From the NCBI GenBank assembly GCA_040218735.1, contig JAVJQW010000008.1:32001-96000 (forward strand): a stretch of 64,000 nt of DNA, written 5' to 3'. How positions within the stretch are numbered: the stretch's first letter is position 1; each line of letters starts with the position of its first letter. Below the pieces are notes generated by a model, which was not told the DNA's origin, did not search any database, and saw nothing but the letters and a program-made list of their open reading frames with translations. This DNA is from Deltaproteobacteria bacterium. Its GTDB lineage: Bacteria > Myxococcota > Kuafuiibacteriia > Kuafuiibacteriales > Kuafuiibacteriaceae. Positions 56,238 to 64,000 of the stretch are shown in pieces. The position numbers and the translations under genes were made by a program.

Positions 56238-57808
56238 CGCGACGTGCGCGGGCCGCGAACGAAGACGCGGTAGGCCCAGGGCTCGAGCTCGAAGACGTCG
56301 CCCCCTCGCACCGTCACGGCTTCCTCGCTGAAGAGCTCCACGTAGTCGCCGTCGATCGAGCCGGCATTTTCGCTCGGCTCCAGACGCACGCCCGAGAGGT
56401 GGTGCGGTGAGAGGTTGAGCACGACGAGGACGGCGTCGTCGCCGTCGCGGCGCACGTAGGCGTACGCGTGTTCGGCGGGGGCCGTGTCGATCTTTCGGAA
56501 GTCGTCGAAGCCGACGTGGTGCAGCGCCGGGTTCGCGCGGAAGAGCTGCAGCAGCTTCGTGTAGAACGGCCGGTAGCCTTCGGGGTCGGACCAGTCGAGC
56601 TTCACCGCGGGGTCGTGCGTGAGCGGTGCGCTGTCGAGCACTTCGCCGTTCACGCGCACACGCATCCCGGCTTCTTGCCCGTCGAAGATCAGCGGCTTGC
56701 CCGGGAGGGTGCACGCGAGGACGGCGAAGGTTCGGATGCCTTCGCGGTAGCGATCCTGCAGCGTCCACACGCCGTTGTCGTCGTGGTTGTAGGTCATCCG
56801 CATCGAGAGCGCTTCGGGCGCGTCGAGGTACGGGACGAACTGGTCGAAGTAGAGCGCGTCGTCGATCGTCGTGACGGGTTGGTGTCCGTGCGCGACGTCG
56901 CCGAGGCGCGGGTACACGCTCCAGTCGTAGGTCATGTCGAAGACCGGGTGGTACTGGCGTCCGTTCGCCTCCGCGAGGAGGAACACGGGGCGGTCGACCT
57001 CGAGCGCGGAGCGCAGCTCGCGGAAGAACTCGATCGGCATGTGGTGGGCGAAGTCGACGCGGAAGCCGTCGATGTCGAACCGCTCGCGGAACGCCACCAT
57101 CTGATCCTGCATCCAACGCCACAGGTCGCGGTTCGAGTAGTCGAGCTGCGCGATCCACCGAAACTGCTCGCCGACGGAGCGGATGCGCCCGGCTTCGTCG
57201 CGCGCGTACCAGTCGGGGTGTTCGTCGATCAGCGGGTTGTCCCACGCGGTGTGGTTCGGCACCCAGTCGACGATGACGCGCATGTCGAGCGCGTGCGCCG
57301 CGTTCACCAGGTCGGTCAGATCCGCCGCCGCGCTCGCCTCCGTCCCGTCCGAGCCGTACTCGGGGTTGAGCTGGTCGTAACGTTTGATCGCGTAGGGGTT
57401 GCCGAATGGGGCGTCGATCGCCTCGCCACCGTTGACCGCGACGATGCTGCCGATCGCGTTCACCGGGAGGAGCCACACGATCCCGACGCCCAGCGCCTTG
57501 AGCTCCGGGAGCCGCGCCTCGACGCCCTTGAAGTTCCCTGCCTCCGAGAAGTGTCGAACGTAGAGCTCGTAGATCGGCTCGCGGTGCCGCCACTCGGCGA
57601 ACGGGACTTCGCGTCGCGGGGGCGCGGGTGGGTTCGTCCCCTTCGGCGCACCGATCGCCGTGAACGCCGTAGCCTCCACTGGCTCGAACGTGGGGACGGG
57701 CGTGGGTTCGACCTCGGACGGCGGCGCCTCGGCGGGCACCAACGGCTCCTCCGCGGGCGCGCAACCGAGGAAGGTCACGACAACGATCAGCGCTGACTTC
57801 GACGACAT
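56234..57808 (-). CDS. GH13 alpha-amylase family lipoprotein
   Basis: GAGGAG RBS; FLGC lipobox; [21 protein letters not shown] catalytic motifs. Confidence 0.9.
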   Translation of the reverse strand: MSSKSALIVVVTFLGCAPAEEPLVPAEAPPSEVEPTPVPTFEPVEATAFTAIGAPKGTNPPAPPRREVPFAEWRHREPIYELYVRHFSEAGNFKGVEARLPELKALGVGIVWLLPVNAIGSIVAVNGGEAIDAPFGNPYAIKRYDQLNPEYGSDGTEASAAADLTDLVNAAHALDMRVIVDWVPNHTAWDNPLIDEHPDWYARDEAGRIRSVGEQFRWIAQLDYSNRDLWRWMQDQMVAFRERFDIDGFRVDFAHHMPIEFFRELRSALEVDRPVFLLAEANGRQYHPVFDMTYDWSVYPRLGDVAHGHQPVTTIDDALYFDQFVPYLDAPEALSMRMTYNHDDNGVWTLQDRYREGIRTFAVLACTLPGKPLIFDGQEAGMRVRVNGEVLDSAPLTHDPAVKLDWSDPEGYRPFYTKLLQLFRANPALHHVGFDDFRKIDTAPAEHAYAYVRRDGDDAVLVVLNLSPHHLSGVRLEPSENAGSIDGDYVELFSEEAVTVRGGDVFELEPWAYRVFVRGPRTSR

Positions 57809-57912
57809 CGAATATCTCCTCGTCGCGTAGCGTCGATGGCTCGTCGTTCTTCGGTCGACGCGGTCCGCCGCCAAACATCCCACCGAAACCGTCGCGTGCT
57901 ACGGTCGGGGAC

Positions 57913-58767
57913 ATGGGGTCGGCGTCGCGAGCGAGCCGGACCACACTCCAGGTTCACGCCGTCGGAGGCGCGACCCCCAAGCGCCTCGTCACCAAGACGC
58001 CGACGCTCGTCGTCGGGATCGAAGCGGCCATCGCGGACGTCGAGGTGCGCAAGGCGCAATTCACGATCGACCGGTCGAGCTGCCTCGTCGTCCCCGCGCG
58101 TGCGCGCGTCGTGGTCTCCTCGTCGTCCGCGTCACGGGTCGCGACGATCGGGTTCGAGGCCGCGACCTTCGACGCGGTGGAGCGGACCTACCAACGACTC
58201 GGGTTCGAGCGCGACCGCTTCGACGATTGGCTCACGACCGCTGCGCTCCTCCCGCGCACGGTTTGGGTGCACGAGATCGTGCATCGATTCGTCTTCGAGC
58301 GGTGGGCGCTCGGCGAGGCGGACAACCAGGCGACGCGGTTCCTGGAGGTGGAGATCCTCAAGGAGATCTACTTCCTGTTCCGCGATCGCGACGCGGGCGC
58401 CGAGCGCTCGACGATCGTCCAGAAGCGGAGCGCTGTCCTCGAGCGCGCGGTGGCGTACATCGAGGCGCACGTGTTGGAGCCCTCCGACGTTGCGGCGCTC
58501 GCGCGCGCGGCGGGTGCGAGCGAGCGTACGCTGTTGAGGACCTTCCGCCGCGAGCTGTCGACGACGCCCGCGGCGTACTGGCGGACGCGGAAGCTCGACG
58601 AGGCGCTCGTGCTCCTGCGCGCCGGACGCGACTCGGTCGCGGAGGTCGCGGCGAAGGTCGGCTACGAGAACCCGACGGCGTTCGGGCACGCGTTTCGGTT
58701 GCGATTCAATCGCCCGCCGTCGGCGTTCCGGCCGCGCGCGGACGTACGTCCGGCGCCCGAGATCTAG
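57913..58767 (+). CDS. AraC family transcriptional regulator
   Basis: LARAAGASERTLLRTFRR and VAEVAAKVGYENPTAFGHAFR double HTH; start uncertain. Confidence 0.9.
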   Translation: MGSASRASRTTLQVHAVGGATPKRLVTKTPTLVVGIEAAIADVEVRKAQFTIDRSSCLVVPARARVVVSSSSASRVATIGFEAATFDAVERTYQRLGFERDRFDDWLTTAALLPRTVWVHEIVHRFVFERWALGEADNQATRFLEVEILKEIYFLFRDRDAGAERSTIVQKRSAVLERAVAYIEAHVLEPSDVAALARAAGASERTLLRTFRRELSTTPAAYWRTRKLDEALVLLRAGRDSVAEVAAKVGYENPTAFGHAFRLRFNRPPSAFRPRADVRPAPEI

Positions 58768-58822
58768 GCTTCGATCTTGTCGAGGTGGTCGGGCCGACCC
58801 GCGGACGCGGGTCGGCGAGCAG

Positions 58823-60616
58823 TCACGCGGACTGGGCTGCGGGGGCTTCGCCGCTGTCGGTCGCGCCGCCGCCTTCGGACGTGTCGCCCGCGGGGATCTC
58901 TTCGGTCTGGTACACGAAGTCGCGGCCGAGCTTCTTCATGTACTCGGGGTGCGAGAACTCGTGCGGACCGTGGTGGACCACCGGGATCGTGTCGAAGTTG
59001 TGCACCGGCGAGGGCGACGGGATCGTCCACTCGAGCGTGCCGACGTTCCACGGGTTCTGCTCCGCCTTCTTCCCGGCGAACACACTCTTGAAGAAGTTGA
59101 TCACGAAGACGACCTGGCCCGCGATCAGCACGAACGCGATGTGCGAGACCGCCGTGTTGAGCGGCTGGAGGTGCTTCAGGAACTCGTAGTGGTAGGGGTC
59201 GTAGAACCAGCGCGGCTGGCCGGCGAACCCGGCGATGAGCTGGCCGATGAACACGCCGTTCAGCCCGAGGAACGTGATCCAGAAGTGAATCTTCCCGAGC
59301 GTCGGGTCCATCATCCGCCCGAACATCTTCGGGAACCAGAAGGCGAGCGCCGCGAGGCTGCCGAGCAGCGCCGCCGAACCCATCGTCAGGTGGAAGTGGC
59401 CGACGACCCACATCGTGTCGTGCAGCTGGAGGTCCGTCGCGATCGTGCCGAGCGGCAGACCGGTCAGGCCGCCGATGCCGAACACGAAGATCGTCCCGAG
59501 CGCGTAGAGCATCGGGACCTCGAAGCGAATCGATCCCTTCCAGATGGTGTGCAGCCAATTGAGGAACAGAATCTCCGCCGGCACCGAGATGAACAGCGTG
59601 AAGATCATGAACGTCTGGCCGAGCAGCGGGCTCATGCCGGTGACGAACATGTGGTGGCCGTACACCACCGCGGACAGGACGCTGACCGCGATCATCGCGT
59701 AGACGGAGCCCTTGTACCAATACGCCGGCTTGCGGGCGAAGAACGACACCAGGTCGCTCACGAAGCCCCACGCCGGGAGGATCAGGATGTAGACCTCGGG
59801 GTGACCGAAGATCCAGAAGAGGTGCTGGAAGAGCAGCGGGTCACCGCCGCCGTTCACCGCCGACGAGCCGGACACGAAGAACTGCGTGCCGAACATCCGA
59901 TCCATCAGGAGCAGGAGGCCGGCCGAGCCGAGCACCGGCACGAACAGAACGTTGAGGATCGCCGTGAGCCAGAGGCCCCAGACGGTCAGCGGCATCCGGA
60001 AGTACGTCATCCCCGGCGCGCGCATGCGAATCACCGTGGTGACGTAGTTGACGCCGCCCATGATTGTCGCGATGCCCGTCACGAAGATCGCACCGACGAC
60101 CAGCGACTGACCGGCGCCCGGCATACCGACGTTGGTCGACAGCGGCGCGTAGGTCGTCCAGGCCGCGCCCGCCGCGCCCATCGGGACGACGAACGACGCG
60201 AGGATCATCAGCTGCGAGACGACGAAGATCCAAAACGACAGCGTGTTCAGCAGCGGGAACGCCATGTCGCGCGCGCCGATCTGCAGCGGGATGCAGAAGT
60301 TCCCGAACGCACCGATCATGATCGGCGTGATCGCCCAGAAGATCATGATCAGCCCGTGCATCGTGAACGTGCTGTTGTAGGCGGTCGGTGTCATCGCGCC
60401 GCCGTTGCTCGGGAAGAGCAGCCCGCCGAGGAGCGGGACCGGCTCGCCCGGGTACGCCCACTGCCACCGGATGAGGTAGGCGAGTGCGCCGCCGAGCGCG
60501 AGGAAGATCAGCCCTGCCCAGAGGAACTGCTTCGCGATGACCTTGTGGTCATACGACCAGATGTACTTCGAGATGAAGCTGGTCGGGGGTGCGTGAATTG
60601 GCTGGAGCTCGACCAT
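58823..60616 (-). CDS. ctaD: Cytochrome c oxidase subunit I (A1 type)
   Basis: DHKVI, TMHG, GARDMAFP, FGHPEVY, GHHMF, HDT...VGHFH. Confidence 0.97.
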   Translation of the reverse strand: MVELQPIHAPPTSFISKYIWSYDHKVIAKQFLWAGLIFLALGGALAYLIRWQWAYPGEPVPLLGGLLFPSNGGAMTPTAYNSTFTMHGLIMIFWAITPIMIGAFGNFCIPLQIGARDMAFPLLNTLSFWIFVVSQLMILASFVVPMGAAGAAWTTYAPLSTNVGMPGAGQSLVVGAIFVTGIATIMGGVNYVTTVIRMRAPGMTYFRMPLTVWGLWLTAILNVLFVPVLGSAGLLLLMDRMFGTQFFVSGSSAVNGGGDPLLFQHLFWIFGHPEVYILILPAWGFVSDLVSFFARKPAYWYKGSVYAMIAVSVLSAVVYGHHMFVTGMSPLLGQTFMIFTLFISVPAEILFLNWLHTIWKGSIRFEVPMLYALGTIFVFGIGGLTGLPLGTIATDLQLHDTMWVVGHFHLTMGSAALLGSLAALAFWFPKMFGRMMDPTLGKIHFWITFLGLNGVFIGQLIAGFAGQPRWFYDPYHYEFLKHLQPLNTAVSHIAFVLIAGQVVFVINFFKSVFAGKKAEQNPWNVGTLEWTIPSPSPVHNFDTIPVVHHGPHEFSHPEYMKKLGRDFVYQTEEIPAGDTSEGGGATDSGEAPAAQSA

Positions 60617-60625
60617 GTCGTTTTC

Positions 60626-61456
60626 CTAGATCTTCTTCCACGCCCAGCCCCAGTGGGCCTCGGCGTCTTTCTCGTCCCAGACGGCCTCGGAGTCGCGGAC
60701 CTTCAGCTCGACCCATTCGTCGAACGCCTCCTTCGACACGACCTTCAGCGTCCCGGCCATCTGGTAGTGGTTCGCACCGCAGTTCTGCACGCAGACGATC
60801 GGGAACTCACCCTCTTCTTTGCCCTGGAACCACATGAGGTTGATCATCCCGGGCATCGCGTCCTGCTTGATGCGGAAGTGCGGCAGCGCAAACGTGTGAA
60901 TCACGTCGGGCGACGCGAGCTGCAGCAGCACCGGCGTGTTCACCGGCACGACGAGCTCGTGGTCGGAGAGGGCGTCGTCGGACGTGTTGAACTTGCCGTC
61001 CTTGCCCGCCAGGCGCATCTGCCACATCCACTGGCGCCCCTGGACCTCGACCTTCAGCGTCTGCGGATCCTTGTCGACCTTCTCGAAGTTCCAGAACGTC
61101 CCGAAGACGTCCTTCGTCGAGTTCACGAAGAGGTTGCCGTCGACGATCACGAAGATGACCGCGGAGATGGCCATCGCCATCATCACCGCGTTCTTGCCGT
61201 CGCCGGTGTCGTACTCGGCCGAGTGTTTCTTCCCGTGCTTGATGAAGGCCGAGATCATGATGAAGCACATGATCGCGAACAGCACCGCCGAGAAGAGGTT
61301 GGTGATGTTGATGAGCCAGTCGATGTTGTGGCCGTGCTCGGAGGCATCGTGCGGCGCCTCCCAGGCCTTCGGCGCGGCCATGGCCACCGCCGACGTCGCC
61401 CAGACCACCAACCCGGCGGGGATCGCCGCGAGGTGTCGCATGTTTCGGATCTTCAT
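60626..61456 (-). CDS. ctaC: Cytochrome c oxidase subunit II
   Basis: QWMW, DVIH, KQDAMPG, CuA motif CVQNCGANHYQM; GGAG RBS. Confidence 0.93.
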   Translation of the reverse strand: MKIRNMRHLAAIPAGLVVWATSAVAMAAPKAWEAPHDASEHGHNIDWLINITNLFSAVLFAIMCFIMISAFIKHGKKHSAEYDTGDGKNAVMMAMAISAVIFVIVDGNLFVNSTKDVFGTFWNFEKVDKDPQTLKVEVQGRQWMWQMRLAGKDGKFNTSDDALSDHELVVPVNTPVLLQLASPDVIHTFALPHFRIKQDAMPGMINLMWFQGKEEGEFPIVCVQNCGANHYQMAGTLKVVSKEAFDEWVELKVRDSEAVWDEKDAEAHWGWAWKKI

Positions 61457-61481
61457 TTGGAGATCTCCCATTCGAACGAAA

Positions 61482-61718
61482 TCACTTGGCTTGGGGGGAC
61501 GTGGAGTCCGCGACGGACTGGGTCCCGATCTTTCGCATGACGACGATGGCGGTGCCGGCGACCACGAAGGGCATGCCGAGCATCCCGGCGAGGATGAACC
61601 AGCTGCCGAGGCCCGCCTTGTCGTTGAGCGCGCACATCGGACAGGCGTACGCCTCCGGCGCCGCGAAGAGCGCGAGGAGGAACAGTCCGAGGTAGAGCGC
61701 CGTCTTCATGCCGTTCAC
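61482..61718 (-). CDS. Small membrane protein with CxxC motif in oxidase operon
   Basis: Signal peptide, ACPMCA, one TM; GTGA overlap with upstream stop (alternative ATG 61709). Confidence 0.7.
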   Translation of the reverse strand: MNGMKTALYLGLFLLALFAAPEAYACPMCALNDKAGLGSWFILAGMLGMPFVVAGTAIVVMRKIGTQSVADSTSPQAK

Positions 61719-62020
61719 CCGACTGCGAGTCGCCAGGTCGCCTCCGCGATGAGCCCGAAGGCGTAGAGCGCGGGGAAGAAGAAGGGCAGCGCGACGGTCA
61801 GCTTGAGGTGCCTCGTCTCGTGGTTGAGGTGCATGAAGAACCAGCCGACCGTCCAGGCCTTGGCGACCGCGAGGAGGACCAACGCGCTGCCGAGGCCGAA
61901 CTTGCTGATGCCCGGGATGTAGACGATCCCGACCTCGAGGACGGTGAGGATCGTCAGCGCCGCGAACACCATGAGGTATTGCTTGCGGCTGACGTGAGGA
62001 GTGCTTGCAGTGCTAGCCAT
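61715..62020 (-). CDS. Cytochrome c oxidase subunit IV
   Basis: YLMVFAALTILTVLE, AVAKA...FFMHL. Confidence 0.9.
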   Translation of the reverse strand: MASTASTPHVSRKQYLMVFAALTILTVLEVGIVYIPGISKFGLGSALVLLAVAKAWTVGWFFMHLNHETRHLKLTVALPFFFPALYAFGLIAEATWRLAVG

Positions 62021-62039
62021 CTTCGATGATCTCCCGGTC

Positions 62040-62690
62040 CTAGAGGAGGTAGACGAACGTGAAGACGAGGATCCAGACCAGGTCGACGAAGTGCCAGAAC
62101 AGGCCCGCGATCTCGATCTCGTTGTAGTTGCCGTCGTCGTACTTGCCCATGATCGCGCGGATCAGGGTGATGCTGAGGTAGATGACGCCCGTCAGGACGT
62201 GCATCCCGTGGAAGCCGGTGATGCAGTAGAAGGTCGTCGCGCGGTGGCCCTGGCCGAAGATCAGGCCCTCGGCGATCAGCCCCTCGTGGTGGAAGATCGC
62301 CTCGAACGTCCCGAAGTACTCCTGCATCTGGCCGCACAGGAAGAGCACGCCGCCGAGCACGGTGATGGCGAGCCACTTGATCATGCCCTTGCGGTCCTTT
62401 TCGACGCAGGCCGCGTAGGACATGACCATGCTGACGCTGGAGCAGATCAGAAGAAACGTGAGGCCGGCGGTGAAGTTGATGCCGAACTCGGGCGCACCTT
62501 CGGCGACCCACTCGCCTTTGGTGCCTCCGCGCAGGATGCCGTAGGCGAGCAGTAGGCCGCCAAACGAGAAAGCATCCGAAAGGAGGAAGACCCACATCCC
62601 GATCTTTCCGGCCGTGGCGCGCCCGTATTGCGCGTCTTCCGGATACTCGTGGGGCAGGATCGCAGGGTGATGATGGTCGGCTGCGCTCAT
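62040..62690 (-). CDS. ctaE: Cytochrome c oxidase subunit III
   Basis: KIGMWVFLLSD, TGFHGMHV, GLFWHFVDLVW. Confidence 0.92.
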   Translation of the reverse strand: MSAADHHHPAILPHEYPEDAQYGRATAGKIGMWVFLLSDAFSFGGLLLAYGILRGGTKGEWVAEGAPEFGINFTAGLTFLLICSSVSMVMSYAACVEKDRKGMIKWLAITVLGGVLFLCGQMQEYFGTFEAIFHHEGLIAEGLIFGQGHRATTFYCITGFHGMHVLTGVIYLSITLIRAIMGKYDDGNYNEIEIAGLFWHFVDLVWILVFTFVYLL

Positions 62691-62892
62691 AGATTCGGTT
62701 CCGTCCGTCGGCTTTCGCGAGGGCCCTCCCGGGCCCGAAGCCGCACGCCAGATAGCACGGGGCCATGGACCCGACAAGACTCTGCGACAGGGGTCTTGAT
62801 CGGTTCTGATGCTCAGGGAAATCCGCTGCATAGCCGCGCCGCCTTGTCGGCTTGACTCGACCCCGTGCGCCCACTAAACGTCGCGCGTCCTC

Positions 62893-63825
62893 GTGACCTC
62901 GAATAGCGAAGAGCTCGCCCCGCAGGCATCGGGGCTCGGCGTCGCGCGGCTCTCCTCCGCGGAGCGCGCGCGCGCGTACTACGAGCTCGCCAAGCCGAAC
63001 CTCTCGATGCTCGTCGTCGTGACGAGCATCCTCGGCTTCTATCTCGCGTCGAGCGCCACCGAGCACCTCGACTGGGCGCGCCTGATCTACCTCGTGACGG
63101 GTACGGCGCTGACCGCAGCGGGTGCGTGTGCGCTCAACATGTACATCGAGCGCGACATCGACGCGCGCATGATGCGCACGAAGGGCCGCCCGATCCCCTC
63201 GGGGCGTTTGTCCGCGCAGCAGGCGCTCGCGTTCAGCCTCGTCGTGTTCACGTGGGGCTTCTTGCAGCTGCTGGTGTTCTGCGGCCCGTACCCCGCGTTC
63301 CTCTCGCTCGCGACCGCGCTGATCTACGCGTTCGTGTACACACCCGCGAAGCGTCGCGGTCCGATCTCCATCTGGATCGGCGCGATACCGGGCGCGATCC
63401 CGCCGGTGATGGGCTGGGCGGCCGTGCGCGGTGAGATCGGGTGGGGCGGCCTGTCGCTCTTCCTCATCCTGTTCGCGTGGCAGTTCCCGCACTTCCTGGC
63501 GCTCGCCTATATGTACGAGGAGGACTACCGCCGCGGCGGGTTCAACTTCCTCTTCGCGGACGATCCCGACGGTCAGAAGGTCGGACGCGCCATCGCGTTC
63601 GGCACGCTCCTCGTGCACTCCGCGAGCCTCGCGCCGTACGTGCTCGGCCTCGTGGGTGGGGTCTACCTCATCGGGGCGATCCTCGCCGGCGCGTTCTTCG
63701 TGTGGGCGGGGGCGCGCGTCGCCGTCGAGTCCACGCTCCCGCGCGCGCGTCAGGCGTTCTTCGCGTCGATCACCTACCTACCGGTGCTGCTCGCTTCGAT
63801 GGTGTTGGATCGCCTCGTAAGCTGA
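62893..63825 (+). CDS. cyoE: Protoheme IX farnesyltransferase (heme o synthase)
   Basis: LAKP, NMYIERDIDARMMRTKGRPIPSG, YTPAKR, WQFPHF, DYRRGG. Confidence 0.95.
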   Translation: MTSNSEELAPQASGLGVARLSSAERARAYYELAKPNLSMLVVVTSILGFYLASSATEHLDWARLIYLVTGTALTAAGACALNMYIERDIDARMMRTKGRPIPSGRLSAQQALAFSLVVFTWGFLQLLVFCGPYPAFLSLATALIYAFVYTPAKRRGPISIWIGAIPGAIPPVMGWAAVRGEIGWGGLSLFLILFAWQFPHFLALAYMYEEDYRRGGFNFLFADDPDGQKVGRAIAFGTLLVHSASLAPYVLGLVGGVYLIGAILAGAFFVWAGARVAVESTLPRARQAFFASITYLPVLLASMVLDRLVS

Positions 63826-63867
63826 GCTTGCGCCCATCACGGCTCTCCGCTAGAAGGCACCCCGAAA

Positions 63868-64000
63868 ATGGTGCGAGCTGGTCTTCTCTCGAACCGATTG
63901 GCGTGGGGGCTCGTCCCCGCCGCGCTCCTGACCCTGTCTTGCGACACGATGGAGCCCATCACCGAGCCGTTCACGCTGGCCGACGAAACCGTCGTCTCCG
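63868..64000 (+). CDS. Lipoprotein, 3'-truncated by window edge (possibly a cytochrome c of the oxidase cluster)
   Basis: MVRAG...LLTLSC lipobox; open to window end; product inferred from context only. Confidence 0.55.
   Translation, partial: MVRAGLLSNRLAWGLVPAALLTLSCDTMEPITEPFTLADETVVS

Overview
High-GC bacterial chromosomal segment, most consistent with Myxococcota (lipoproteins with DAG-rich stalks, a MYXO-CTERM-like motif, several Ser/Thr kinases, a DUF1585-DUF1501 operon). About 41 protein genes are supportable. I saw no rRNA, tRNA or CRISPR array. Housekeeping-type content: ino1, a thiolase, an amidase, kptA, a GH13 lipoprotein with an AraC regulator, and an A1-type heme-copper oxidase operon with heme o synthase. 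Two accessory loci stand out. (1) 19.7-25.9 kb: a two-gene operon pairing an MmeI-like DNA adenine methyltransferase whose nuclease motif appears dead with a triple Zn-ribbon + SNF2-like helicase fused to an Rrp8/nucleomethylin-like (Methyltransf_8) domain; candidate undescribed defence/modification system. (2) 40.2-52.7 kb: a translationally coupled AddB-like/AddA-like/RelE-UvrD operon bracketed by two direct copies of a ~1.5 kb HNH repeat element with conserved non-coding ends, plus an inverted third fragment. All family assignments come from motif reading by eye; no database search was run.
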